Positions 1 to 8,767 of a stretch of DNA of 64,000 bases are shown here, in pieces. The notes under the pieces were generated by a model. That model saw only the letters and a program-made list of their open reading frames with translations, was not told the origin of the DNA and did no database searches. Origin of the DNA: a virus. The position numbers were made by a program, and so were the translations under genes. Location: positions 11,316-75,315 of the IMG/VR virus record IMGVR_UViG_3300045988_106851; one strand, written 5' to 3'. Numbering within the stretch: the first letter of the stretch is position 1; each line of letters begins with the position of its first letter.

Positions 1-1090
1 GTCGGTCAAACTCCATAACGGTAGTTTGTTTTCTGTCACTGAACCAATTATGGCTTGCTCCCTTTTTCCAACCATACAAGCAAGGTTCATGTCGCCATTG
101 GTAGTCTTGTCTTCCGAGCACCATAGAGTTCTTAGCCCATATAAGGTTCTCACGTAACTCCAAATCAACAGTATTAATAAGGGCTTTTCTGAACCAATAG
201 GAGTAGCCATCACTGTGGAATATATAGAAGGAGGCCCCTTTCCTCATGTTGGCGTTTGCAGCATTAAAGGCGTTTGTCAAGAACTGCTCGAACTTGTCGT
301 TATCCATTTTGTCATTCAAGACAACAAGCCCGTCTTTACGATGGCCTTCAGTTGCACTGTTGTCGTATCCATAGGCTACATTATAAGGAGGGTCGGTTAG
401 GTAGAGTTGTATCTGCTGACCATCAAGAAGCAATGCCACTTGCGCGGCATCCGTTGAGTCGCCGCACATAAGGCGATGTTGCCCTAACTGCCAAATGTCT
501 CCAAGTTTGCACTTAGTCTCAATTTCATGCTCATTCTCATCATAGTTGTCATCTTCTGTTTCTTTGCGCTCTGACATCTGTTCGACAGGTTCTGTGTCGG
601 TTAAAAAGGAGCAATCCACTCCCCAATCTTGCAACTCATCGACTGTCCAGTCGCCGTTAGCAAGCTCATCCCAATCCCAGTTACCTGCTTGTACGTTGTC
701 CTTGATAGCATACTCCTTGATTTTCTGAATTGGGGTATCGGTCTTCAAGACGAAACAAGGCAGCTTATCGAAGTTCGTATTTCCACCGATGCGTAACTCG
801 TTAGCCACTCTGAGGCGCATATTACCGCAGATGGTGACGTATGTACCATCCTCCAAGCCATAAACCATCAAAGGCTTGTACTCTAAGAACTCTGGGCTAT
901 CGGCGAGTGACTTGACGAGATTGTCGTGCTCGCTCTCCTTTAAGTAGCGAGGGTTCTTTGGAACGCCATCAATCTGCCCCTCATTATAGAGGAGCTTTGT
1001 AATGTCAATCATTTCACGTAAACCCAGCTTTACAAGAAGCTCATCCTTTGCGATGTATGGGTTCTGAGAGATTTTCTTTTCTCTTGACAT
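1..1090 (-). CDS. ParB-like nuclease domain fused to N6/N4 DNA methyltransferase (C-terminus runs off window)
   Basis: Own translation from ATG at 1090 (MSREKKISQNPYIAKDELL...), open to nt 1; LTDPPYNV catalytic motif encoded at 383-394; absent from ORF track because no stop in window. Confidence 0.85.
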   Translation of the reverse strand, partial: MSREKKISQNPYIAKDELLVKLGLREMIDITKLLYNEGQIDGVPKNPRYLKESEHDNLVKSLADSPEFLEYKPLMVYGLEDGTYVTICGNMRLRVANELRIGGNTNFDKLPCFVLKTDTPIQKIKEYAIKDNVQAGNWDWDELANGDWTVDELQDWGVDCSFLTDTEPVEQMSERKETEDDNYDENEHEIETKCKLGDIWQLGQHRLMCGDSTDAAQVALLLDGQQIQLYLTDPPYNVAYGYDNSATEGHRKDGLVVLNDKMDNDKFEQFLTNAFNAANANMRKGASFYIFHSDGYSYWFRKALINTVDLELRENLIWAKNSMVLGRQDYQWRHEPCLYGWKKGASHNWFSDRKQTTVMEFDR

Positions 1091-1109
1091 AACTTTTCGT
1101 GTTTAATAA

Positions 1110-1874
1110 TTATTTTCCCTTAATCCGTTCACATCCATCAGTCATTCTAAAGTCCTCCATTTGTCTACTGAAAGGAGTTAACTTATCAATTTGTTCTTGA
1201 ATAGAAAAATCCTCATTGAAGAAAGCAATGCCCTCGTGTATCTTCTTTATCGCCTGTATCTTCTTTTTAGTAGTCACAACAGGGTTTATATATATGCAGC
1301 CATGCTGTTGGGCAAAACGCCTACAGCTATTGCCTCCACCATATATGACGAACAACGGCTTCTCCCCCTCTGCCCAGTCCTCAGCAATGGATAGCTCAAA
1401 GGCGAGGTTACTGAGGCGGTCAGAATAGCCACGAGTAGCGAATGCACGCCACCCACGAGGCACTCCTATCATGTTAAGTTGATAATATTTCTGTGCCACG
1501 TTCAGGTCAACGAATATGCCTATGCCTCGTTGTTGCATTGCTCGCCCAATCCAACGTTTCTTATAAAGAGCTTGCATTCCAAATGCTATTGGCATCTCGT
1601 TGAAAAGCGAGAAATTTGGTTCTACAATATTACTTGGGTGATGTCGCAAAATCTTATCTGGGTGTTCATACACCACACTGAAGCGATAATCATCCGTGTA
1701 GAAATGTAGCGTACCTTGCCCGTTAAGATTGAAAGTCCTGGTCTGTTCACCGAAGCATAAGAAAGGAATATCACAAGTTTGCGCTTGCATATTCAAATCC
1801 AATGTCGGGATTTCCAAGTCGTTGTCGCATGGGAATAACTGGTCTGGTATTAAGGGAGTGTAGCTGTCATTCAT
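1110..1874 (-). CDS. DUF4417-like protein
   Basis: ORF track 1110..1949; likely ATG at 1874 (MNDSYTPLIPDQ...); sequence resembles the DUF4417 family often next to phage methylases. Confidence 0.65.
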   Translation of the reverse strand: MNDSYTPLIPDQLFPCDNDLEIPTLDLNMQAQTCDIPFLCFGEQTRTFNLNGQGTLHFYTDDYRFSVVYEHPDKILRHHPSNIVEPNFSLFNEMPIAFGMQALYKKRWIGRAMQQRGIGIFVDLNVAQKYYQLNMIGVPRGWRAFATRGYSDRLSNLAFELSIAEDWAEGEKPLFVIYGGGNSCRRFAQQHGCIYINPVVTTKKKIQAIKKIHEGIAFFNEDFSIQEQIDKLTPFSRQMEDFRMTDGCERIKGK

Positions 1875-2160
1875 ATTGTTGAATTTTGTCGTTAATCGCC
1901 GTGTATAACATCGTGACGTATTTATCCCTGCTGTCCAAATAGCCGCCATACCTATTAGCTTGATTTATCACGTTCCCTCGCGAACGCCCAAGCCTCTCTC
2001 CAGCTAAGGTAGGGTGTATTCCGTCTCTCCTCGCCATAAAGCAAAAAATTCCCCTAAGGCTATTGAGAAGAACTGTCTTCTTACGCGAGCACAATTGTTC
2101 AGGTGAGATTCCCCCAACCTCACAAACGGCTTGTTCAATAGTTGATAAGCTATGCTCCAT
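1867..2160 (-). CDS. small HTH protein resembling the DnaA C-terminal DNA-binding domain
   Basis: MEHSLSTIEQ...SRKKTVLLNSLRGIFCFMARRDGIHPTLAGERLGRSRGNVINQANRY; ATG at 2160. Confidence 0.5.
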   Translation of the reverse strand: MEHSLSTIEQAVCEVGGISPEQLCSRKKTVLLNSLRGIFCFMARRDGIHPTLAGERLGRSRGNVINQANRYGGYLDSRDKYVTMLYTAINDKIQQYE

Positions 2161-2287
2161 TTTTAATCCTATTAATAACCGCCACAAAATTAACAATAAA
2201 CTATCAATAAACAAGGGTTGATTCCTTAAAATATATTAAATCCTAAATTTTATTCTTAGTATATTTTTTTATCTGAACAGTTTTTAT

Positions 2288-2295
2288 TATCTTTG
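2288..2295 (+). promoter_or_regulatory. Bacteroidota -7 promoter box TATCTTTG
   Basis: Matches TAnnTTTG; 21-nt block tttttattatctttgcaatgt is repeated at 58104-58124. Confidence 0.6.
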
Positions 2296-2422
2296 CAATG
2301 TGTTTAAGAGAAATGACTATTAGTCAGACACCTCGATACACCACCAAACAAGAGACAGGTCAAGTCTTGCGAGGCGCATAACTTAGGATTTACGTGAGGT
2401 CGGAAGACCTACTAAATACGGA

Positions 2423-2463
2423 GCGGCAGAAAAACTTGACCTTTTCTGTCGCTTTTGCTTTTT
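2423..2463 (+). terminator. intrinsic terminator inside the 5-prime leader of the wHTH gene
   Basis: 11-bp stem 2423-2433/2442-2452 (one G-T), 8-nt loop, then TTTTGCTTTTT; ends 7 nt before ATG 2470. Confidence 0.65.
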
Positions 2464-2469
2464 GGTAAG

Positions 2470-3228
2470 ATGCAAATAAGAAAGAAGATATTGGATGAAA
2501 TATATCGCAATCCCGAGTTAAGGAAGGCAATTGCATTCTCCCTCTATATGAAGTCAAGGGTAGTATCTTCTTCCGTCCCACATTTTACTATCAATAAATT
2601 ACACGAGATAAGTGGCGTAAGCGCAACAACTATTAAAAAAAGATTGCGCATACTCAGACAACATAATATGGTTTCTTTCACAGGTAAAGGAGGCCATTGT
2701 ATTGTCTTCAATTCTTTAAGAAGTCACACTTCTCATAGGAATATCTGTATTAAAGATATTGACTTTATCGCAGACCATTGCTCACATAAAAACACAAATG
2801 CTCAAAATGTAAAATTCATAGATGATATATTAACGGCATTACTTATAATTGAAATCCAAAATCACAAGAATTTCGCAAGGCAAATGATTCAGCAGTCGGA
2901 GCAACCTAAAGGCTTGAATGAACTAAAGATAGCTAAGAAAGCTTGCAATCTTTTTGGCTACAGCGATAAATTCTCGGACAATGGCATTTCTTACAAGTAT
3001 ATGGCTCAAAAAATAGGATGTGGTCTTCAAAAAGCATTTGATATTGTTAAGTTCGCCACAAAGGAACAGATTTTAGTCAAGTTTAGAAACGTGCAAAAAT
3101 TTTATTTCCCTGGCGCAAAATTTATCAAAGAAGAATTACTTAGAATATACACATATATAAAAGGTAACACTGCCTATAAAGTTAGTGCTAATCGCTATCA
3201 ACTCTGCGATGGTATGGTATTTATTTAG
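2470..3228 (+). CDS. winged-helix/HTH DNA-binding protein, paralog of 53394..54152
   Basis: MQIRKKILDEIYRNPELRKAIAF...ATTIKKRLRILRQHNMV; same architecture and shared strings with the 252-aa minus-strand protein. Confidence 0.6.
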   Translation: MQIRKKILDEIYRNPELRKAIAFSLYMKSRVVSSSVPHFTINKLHEISGVSATTIKKRLRILRQHNMVSFTGKGGHCIVFNSLRSHTSHRNICIKDIDFIADHCSHKNTNAQNVKFIDDILTALLIIEIQNHKNFARQMIQQSEQPKGLNELKIAKKACNLFGYSDKFSDNGISYKYMAQKIGCGLQKAFDIVKFATKEQILVKFRNVQKFYFPGAKFIKEELLRIYTYIKGNTAYKVSANRYQLCDGMVFI

Positions 3229-3252
3229 ATTATGAAAAAGTAAGATTAAAAA

Positions 3253-3567
3253 ATGGCAAAAATAAAAAATATGGTAACGAAAACAACTATCGCCGAGACC
3301 CTTAAAGAGGTCATGGCAAAAAAGGACATCAAGCTCACGGTTGCGGAGAGCAACCTCTGTGTGACTACGGTCTTCCAGGCCGTCAAGAACGCTCTCGTCA
3401 ACGCTGGCGAGGTACGCATCGACGGCTTCGGAACGTTCAAGAGCGTTGACAAGCCAGAGCGTACCGGAAGGAACCCTCGAACGGGTCAATCTATCACAAT
3501 AGCAGCGCACAAAGATGTCGTATTCAAAGCAGCAAAAGCCTTGAAGATTACTGTGAACAACAAGTAG
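3253..3567 (+). CDS. HU/IHF family DNA-binding protein
   Basis: GFGTFKSVDKPERTGRNPRTGQSITIAAHKDVVFKAAKALK is the classic HU arm. Confidence 0.9.
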   Translation: MAKIKNMVTKTTIAETLKEVMAKKDIKLTVAESNLCVTTVFQAVKNALVNAGEVRIDGFGTFKSVDKPERTGRNPRTGQSITIAAHKDVVFKAAKALKITVNNK

Positions 3568-3654
3568 ACGTTATTTATTTAGTTCATTTTTTATTTTTAA
3601 TGTTATATTTTTCATTCCATCTGTAAAGGGCCTGGGAGTTTTATTCTGATACGT

Positions 3655-4014
3655 ATGAAGATATTTTATGATACCTACAAAGACATCTTTGCCTTCGCAA
3701 AAAAGGCGTTCAAAGGCACAGCCCTCGGCATATCTCGTTTACTGTGGACGGTTGTCTTACTCGTGGTCAACAGTGCGAGGTTCGCGTTCCTATGGCTTTC
3801 TGAGGTTATCAGGAAGAAGCCGATGGTGACGCTGCTCGTGTTCGCGGGGTTGCTCCTTGCGACAAACAGCGTGAACTACGCTTCCATGAAAGCCAAGCTC
3901 ACCACGGCCGAGTGGCGTTACGACCGTCTCCGCATCCACATGGATAGCGTCTACGAGGCATACAACATCCACAGCTCCTATTCCCGTATCGTCTCCTACG
4001 AGGAAGCGAAATAA
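3655..4014 (+). CDS. hypothetical membrane protein
   Basis: Two hydrophobic helices (LLWTVVLLVVNSARFAFLW, MVTLLVFAGLLLATN). Confidence 0.45.
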   Translation: MKIFYDTYKDIFAFAKKAFKGTALGISRLLWTVVLLVVNSARFAFLWLSEVIRKKPMVTLLVFAGLLLATNSVNYASMKAKLTTAEWRYDRLRIHMDSVYEAYNIHSSYSRIVSYEEAK

Positions 4015-4038
4015 TCGACCCACAAAAACATTAACCAA

Positions 4039-4275
4039 ATGGAAATATCCGATGACATACAGTTAGGCACGCGCATCACCTTGCAGGTTTCCGAGGGCAG
4101 CTGCGATGATTGCTTCTTCGCCAAGCTTGACTACGACCTCCGCGTAGATTGCTGCTACCGCATAAAATGCCAGGCTGCGCGTCGCAGAGACAAAAAAAAC
4201 GTGGCATTCAAATTGGTCGAGGGCAGTGCCACCGAGCCGAACATGCCCATTGAACATAAAAAAACACAGCAATGA
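4039..4275 (+). CDS. hypothetical small protein
   Basis: ORF track, operon context. Confidence 0.35.
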   Translation: MEISDDIQLGTRITLQVSEGSCDDCFFAKLDYDLRVDCCYRIKCQAARRRDKKNVAFKLVEGSATEPNMPIEHKKTQQ

Positions 4276-4511
4276 ACAGTAAAAAGCACAATAATAGGGA
4301 ACAGGCGATACAAGGGTTCTTGAAGGACTTATGGCATCCCGCCAATGAGCAACCGAAACATTCCAAGTGGATTATGACACAGTTTCTCGACGATGACAAT
4401 GATATTGCCTTTGAGATAGACATTGCCGGGCCTCTTATAGAGTGGAGGGAATATGCCAAGAAGTACAGAATCGTAAAGTGGCTATATGTCGATGACATCT
4501 TGCCACAGTAA
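4272..4511 (+). CDS. hypothetical protein, FLKDLWH...WLYVDDILP family (paralog of 6400..6747)
   Basis: Shared motifs with 6400..6747; ATGA overlap with upstream ORF. Confidence 0.5.
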   Translation: MNSKKHNNREQAIQGFLKDLWHPANEQPKHSKWIMTQFLDDDNDIAFEIDIAGPLIEWREYAKKYRIVKWLYVDDILPQ

Positions 4512-4543
4512 GGAGATAAGAAGTTTAACGAAATATAAACAAT

Positions 4544-4768
4544 ATGGCATGGGTATGTGTAGGATATAGTGGTGAAGAACTTGTGTTCGTCAATAAGCCG
4601 CATAGAAGAATTAGCAAAAACGAGTTCTTTTTTGATGAAAATGACATATATAAACACGAATGGATAGATGATAAATATTGTGGCTGCATAAATCTTCCCA
4701 AAGGCAGCATCAAGAAGCTCATCGGAAAGGACTTGTCTTGGGACGATGAGCCTGTAGAACTTAAATAA
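4544..4768 (+). CDS. hypothetical small protein
   Basis: ORF track. Confidence 0.35.
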   Translation: MAWVCVGYSGEELVFVNKPHRRISKNEFFFDENDIYKHEWIDDKYCGCINLPKGSIKKLIGKDLSWDDEPVELK

Positions 4769-4776
4769 GAGTAGTT

Positions 4777-5064
4777 ATGGTTAAACCCTACAGAATCAAA
4801 CACAAAGCAAGTAGATATTATTATCAACGTTACAACGGAAGTAACCTTGGCAAGAAAGGTAAGGTGTATATGAATAATCAATCACCACTTACAATGTGCG
4901 ATAATGAGAACTTTATACGTATTCAGATCCGTCACAACACTTTAGCTTATAAAGCATTGAGAAATATGCTTTCCAAATATGCTATAGGGAAAGATGATGA
5001 AAATGAATGGCATAGTACATCTTACAGAGTTCCGAAAAGTGAATTTGAAAAAGAAGAATTATAG
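4777..5064 (+). CDS. hypothetical small protein
   Basis: ORF track. Confidence 0.35.
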   Translation: MVKPYRIKHKASRYYYQRYNGSNLGKKGKVYMNNQSPLTMCDNENFIRIQIRHNTLAYKALRNMLSKYAIGKDDENEWHSTSYRVPKSEFEKEEL

Positions 5065-5149
5065 TTTATGAAAATAGAAGATATTAAGTTCAAGGCTAAA
5101 CGTCTTGATACTGGAGAATGTGTAGAAGATGACTTAAAAATATAATAGT

Positions 5150-5488
5150 ATGGAAAAAGAACAATTACATTCAGCCTTACTTCTTCTAATGAGTAAATTA
5201 GAAGATATTAAGAGCAATCCAATGCACGACAAAACGTTCGTTGTTGCATTAACGGAAGTACTACGATACTTTCGTGACAATGGTGAATTAAGGGAGGCTT
5301 ATAAACAACATAAAGCTATAATAGCTGATATGGAAAAGCAACCTTTCTGTAAAGCTATCATGGATATGTTCTGTGCGAAGATTACCACTGAGCATCCAGA
5401 ACTTCCTCCTCTTAATATGAAAGAAACTATAGAGAAATTATCCTCAGATGAGTTTATTGACAATAAAATTAAAAATGTGTTAGGGTGA
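5150..5488 (+). CDS. hypothetical protein
   Basis: ORF track. Confidence 0.4.
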   Translation: MEKEQLHSALLLLMSKLEDIKSNPMHDKTFVVALTEVLRYFRDNGELREAYKQHKAIIADMEKQPFCKAIMDMFCAKITTEHPELPPLNMKETIEKLSSDEFIDNKIKNVLG

Positions 5489-5536
5489 ACTACCCAAAAG
5501 CTAAAGACTTGCAGGTTTTACGACACTGATTATAAA
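5488..5536. repeat. conserved intercistronic element, copy 1
   Basis: about 40/49 nt identical to 7238-7286 (AACTACC..GCTAAAGAC..GGTTTTACG.CACT..TATAAA), starts at a stop codon. Confidence 0.6.
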
Positions 5537-5554
5537 CAATTATAAATATAGCTT

Positions 5555-6403
5555 ATGAGATACATGAGAAAAACGCCAGTAGAGGCTATCCAGTGGAAGG
5601 GGGACAATCAGAAAGAAGTCTCTAATTTTATCAGTCCTACTACCGAGTCCTATTGTACTACGCTGGACGACCGTTACGGCAACCTTGATATATCCTACGC
5701 AGACCTTAAGGGGCGTAATTTTAATGCTGTCGTTCCTAAGTTCGGATGGGTTGTGAGAGATGGCAAAACCTTTCAGTTCTACAAGGATGCCACATTTAGA
5801 AAGACCTTTGGAAAAGTGCAGAAAGACGATTACAAAGGCATTGACAGGGAAGGCATGAGCAATACCCTCAAGGAGGCTCTTGACGGTTGTGATGAGCTTT
5901 TCAAAGGCTTTAAGGATGTCTTTAGAGCGGAGCCATACAAGGAGACTTTGGGCGCAGGAGTATGTATCACCCCCGACCATATAAAGATTGACAACCTTTA
6001 CAAAGGCTATGAAAAGACCCACGAGGAAGTCAAGCTCTCTGATGGATTGAAAGAGATGGCAAGCAACAAAGAGAAAGAGTACTCGCATGGCAAAGCAAAA
6101 GGTATCGAATCCGACACCTTTGAGTCCGTTCTCAACGAAATGAGAAACCTTCACGCCAAGAAGAACAAGGACTACGGTGACGCGTTCCACAAGAGCTTCG
6201 AGGAGTTCGGTGTTACTGCCGGTGTTGTACGCCTTAATGATAAGATGGAGCGTGTGAAGAGTCTTGTGAAGAATGGCAAGGCGGAAGTCAAGGACGAGAG
6301 TCTGATGGACACGTTGAAGGACATGGCAAGCTATGCTGTCATGTTGTATGTGGAACTTAAAAATAAAGAACGGAGAATTTGTAGTAGCGGAGAATTATTA
6401 TGA
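5555..6403 (+). CDS. protein with C-terminal DUF1599-like (nucleotide-modification-associated) domain
   Basis: C-terminus KKNKDYGDAFHKSFEEFGVTAGVVRLNDKMERVKSL...DESLMDTLKDMASYAVM. Confidence 0.55.
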   Translation: MRYMRKTPVEAIQWKGDNQKEVSNFISPTTESYCTTLDDRYGNLDISYADLKGRNFNAVVPKFGWVVRDGKTFQFYKDATFRKTFGKVQKDDYKGIDREGMSNTLKEALDGCDELFKGFKDVFRAEPYKETLGAGVCITPDHIKIDNLYKGYEKTHEEVKLSDGLKEMASNKEKEYSHGKAKGIESDTFESVLNEMRNLHAKKNKDYGDAFHKSFEEFGVTAGVVRLNDKMERVKSLVKNGKAEVKDESLMDTLKDMASYAVMLYVELKNKERRICSSGELL

Positions 6404-6747
6404 TTGACGAAAAGACAATAGACGAGGGTGCAAGAGATTATATCAACAAAAACGGTTATTTTGTCAAGTATGACGAAGACCCTTGTGTTGATATAGAGTT
6501 TGCTTATAAAGAGGGTGCTATGTGGGCTATCAATGAGTTCTTGAAGGACTTGTGGCATAACAATAGTGAGAAGCCTGTAATGAGTGAGCATGGTATGATA
6601 CTTGTTGAGCTTAATGATATTACCGCTTGCAAATACTCTTTGTGGCGTAGTACTACAACCTACGAAAGCCTTTGCAACAACGCAGGATATGTTCACCGTT
6701 GGCTCTATATAGATGATTTGCTTCCAAAGAAAGGAGGTGCTGAATGA
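6400..6747 (+). CDS. hypothetical protein, FLKDLWH...WLYIDDLLP family
   Basis: Paralog of 4272..4511. Confidence 0.5.
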   Translation: MIDEKTIDEGARDYINKNGYFVKYDEDPCVDIEFAYKEGAMWAINEFLKDLWHNNSEKPVMSEHGMILVELNDITACKYSLWRSTTTYESLCNNAGYVHRWLYIDDLLPKKGGAE

Positions 6748-6950
6748 AACCAGAAGCTATCCTATCCATCATTACATACCTGACTTTAACGTACATTCTC
6801 TATAATACCTTACTTGGATATGCAGACGTTGGCAAAGAGAGCACCATTGGAATACTACTCCGCTTCCCTGCAATGATTTCAGCCCTATGGATATGCAACC
6901 AATTAGCTGACATAAATACTAAGGATGGAGGCGACGATGGACAAGATTAG
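6744..6950 (+). CDS. small membrane protein
   Basis: Two hydrophobic segments; ATGA overlap upstream. Confidence 0.4.
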   Translation: MKPEAILSIITYLTLTYILYNTLLGYADVGKESTIGILLRFPAMISALWICNQLADINTKDGGDDGQD

Positions 6951-7068
6951 CGAATTGTCATACCTTCACCTTATAGCACAGCTCGAAGAAGAAAACAGGC
7001 TCTTGCGAGACGAGGCAAAACACCTACGCCTCACGATAAAGGATTACTTAAACAAAAAAAACGCATGA
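6937..7068 (+). CDS. small coiled-coil protein (43 aa)
   Basis: Own translation MDKISELSYLHLIAQLEEENRLLRDEAKHLRLTIKDYLNKKNA*; stop overlaps next ATG. Confidence 0.3.
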   Translation: MDKISELSYLHLIAQLEEENRLLRDEAKHLRLTIKDYLNKKNA

Positions 7069-7238
7069 AAATCAGACTGGCAAAGAAAATAATGAACACG
7101 AGGACAGACCGCCTTGCCGCATATTGGTATGACAGGTTGGTTGATACCTTGGTCGCTCAAACAAGGATAGACCATCGAATCAAAAAGGCGGCAAGGCTAA
7201 TAAGCAAGTACAATTACAAAAAATTCAACAAGCAGTAA
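7065..7238 (+). CDS. small protein (57 aa), paralog of 14285..14497
   Basis: Own translation MKIRLAKKIMNTRTDRLAAYWYDRL...; same MKIRLAKKIM N-terminus as the later ORF. Confidence 0.4.
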   Translation: MKIRLAKKIMNTRTDRLAAYWYDRLVDTLVAQTRIDHRIKKAARLISKYNYKKFNKQ

Positions 7239-7286
7239 ACTACCTACAGGCTAAAGACCTATGGGTTTTACGGCACTCAATATAAA
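7238..7286. repeat. conserved intercistronic element, copy 2
   Basis: See 5488-5536. Confidence 0.6.
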
Positions 7287-7372
7287 TGATAATATGAGAA
7301 CAATTAAGTTTAAGGCTAAGACATTGAAGGATGGCGAATACTTTAAGACTGAAGAAGAAAAGGAGGCCGACA

Positions 7373-7834
7373 ATGATTAAAGCAGAAGACCTTAGAATAG
7401 GCGACATTGTGCAGACAAACAAAGACTGCATGTTTCCGAAAGACACATTGTGCATCGTTACCGAAATCCATCCCGACCGACAGTTTAATGACAAAAAGGG
7501 AGTCGTCAGTCTGAAGGCTGTCAACGACGAAGACGACGGTCCCTGGGGGACATGGTGCTGCAACATCGATGGCGTGCCCATCACGCCCGAAATACTTCGC
7601 AATAATGACTTTAAGGAAGAAGTCGAAGGCAAATACTTCACAAGGCCAATCAAAGTCAGAGCAGGCAGTTCCCTTGCCAGATATTTGGCTGTAGAACGAA
7701 AAAAATACGCTTGGGCAATATTCATAAAGTATTACAACGTGACAGGCTATGCACTCTTATGTCATGTAAAGTACGTTCACGAACTACGGCTCGCCCTTAA
7801 AATAGTAAAATTTAATCCGGAAATGAAAGTATAA
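7373..7834 (+). CDS. hypothetical protein
   Basis: ORF track 7331..7834, likely ATG 7373 (MIKAEDLRIGDIVQ). Confidence 0.4.
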   Translation: MIKAEDLRIGDIVQTNKDCMFPKDTLCIVTEIHPDRQFNDKKGVVSLKAVNDEDDGPWGTWCCNIDGVPITPEILRNNDFKEEVEGKYFTRPIKVRAGSSLARYLAVERKKYAWAIFIKYYNVTGYALLCHVKYVHELRLALKIVKFNPEMKV

Positions 7835-7862
7835 TGTGGATGAATAAGTAAGTAACAAAACA

Positions 7863-7997
7863 ATGACTGACATTAAGATTTCGGTGCATCCGTTTGGCCA
7901 TAAGCTCGAATGGCGAGGATGGGGGGGTAACTTCTCGCCTGCTCTACGAGCCACCGACTACAAATGCCCTCACTGTATAATGATTGAATATGACTAA
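7863..7997 (+). CDS. C5-MTase TRD-like mini-ORF A
   Basis: Own translation MTDIKISVHPFGHKLEWRGWGGNFSPALRATDYKCPHCIMIEYD*; stop overlaps ATG of B. Confidence 0.6.
   Translation: MTDIKISVHPFGHKLEWRGWGGNFSPALRATDYKCPHCIMIEYD
7921..7927 (+). repeat. G7 tract, in frame (module A)
   Basis: Counted directly. Confidence 0.95.
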
Positions 7998-8124
7998 GCA
8001 ACACCCATTCGATGATTTTCATCAGCGCATTCATTGGGACGGCAACTCCATCGGAACCGTTACCCAGCAATGGGGCAATCCTGCGCCGAGGCACGGATGG
8101 CGAATAATGACAGAATATGATTAA
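7990..8124 (+). CDS. C5-MTase TRD-like mini-ORF B
   Basis: MTKQHPFDDFHQRIHWDGNSIGTVTQQWGNPAPRHGWRIMTEYD*. Confidence 0.5.
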   Translation: MTKQHPFDDFHQRIHWDGNSIGTVTQQWGNPAPRHGWRIMTEYD

Positions 8125-8443
8125 CCCTCACACGCCCCGCTACAAGCGCGGCACCATCACCAAGGACGGCAAGCTATACGGACGCTATCCCGACGGTTCG
8201 CTCTACCGCATCTACTCCACCTCTGACCGACCCTTCCTTCAGATTGTTGACCGCAAGGGCGAGACGTTCCTTCGCATACGCCAAGCCACCGAGCAGGGCT
8301 ATACCGACTGCCCTTGCCCTGGTGCTGCCGACCTCAGCTATTCCTCCTCGGCTCTAAGGCGCAGCAGGACGGTTGGGGGGGGTAAGCTGGTGAACGCTCT
8401 GACCGCAGCAAGCGGAGGGGCGTGCGTGTTTGTTGAATTATGA
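8117..8443 (+). CDS. C5-MTase TRD-like mini-ORF C
   Basis: ORF track 108 aa; YRIYSTSDRP..., LRIRQATEQGY...ALRRSRTVGGGKLVNALTAASGGACVFVEL*. Confidence 0.6.
   Translation: MINPHTPRYKRGTITKDGKLYGRYPDGSLYRIYSTSDRPFLQIVDRKGETFLRIRQATEQGYTDCPCPGAADLSYSSSALRRSRTVGGGKLVNALTAASGGACVFVEL
8385..8392 (+). repeat. G8 tract, in frame (module C)
   Basis: Counted directly. Confidence 0.95.
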
Positions 8444-8450
8444 CTTGAAT

Positions 8451-8631
8451 ATGCTTAGAGCAAAGGCAATATCAATAATGGTGAAAAAGGTGGAGCAGAC
8501 CATGGTGTTTCAGAACATGCAAGCCAAAGGTCTGATAACGCCTCGCTCGCTTGATGGCGAATGTTTTACTCTTACGTCTGCAATGGGATTAGGGGGGGCA
8601 AACGCCTGTAATAGTAAAGGTATATGACTAA
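8451..8631 (+). CDS. C5-MTase TRD-like mini-ORF D, frame broken at G7 tract
   Basis: ATG 8451 (track lists TTG 8430); ...DGECFTLTSAMGLGG; present frame stops at 8627; one fewer G reads GGQTPVIVKVYD* ending 8631. Confidence 0.5.
8592..8598 (+). repeat. G7 tract, one G too long for module D
   Basis: Counted directly. Confidence 0.9.
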
Positions 8632-8755
8632 ATACGACCTCTACCAATATCCTCGTGGCTACAACGACGGAGGTAGATTAGGCACTGACGTTTGCCCGAC
8701 CTTGACAATCAATTCGTGGCAGCAAAATGTATTTCTGATTGAAGAATATGAATAA
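8624..8755 (+). CDS. C5-MTase TRD-like mini-ORF E
   Basis: MTKYDLYQYPRGYNDGGRLGTDVCPTLTINSWQQNVFLIEEYE*. Confidence 0.6.
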   Translation: MTKYDLYQYPRGYNDGGRLGTDVCPTLTINSWQQNVFLIEEYE

Positions 8756-8767
8756 AGCAAAGACAAT

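Noticed and set aside
5540-6190. 216-aa minus-strand ORF
   Set aside because: It is antisense to the DUF1599-like gene, which sits in a coherent plus-strand operon. No motif supports it.
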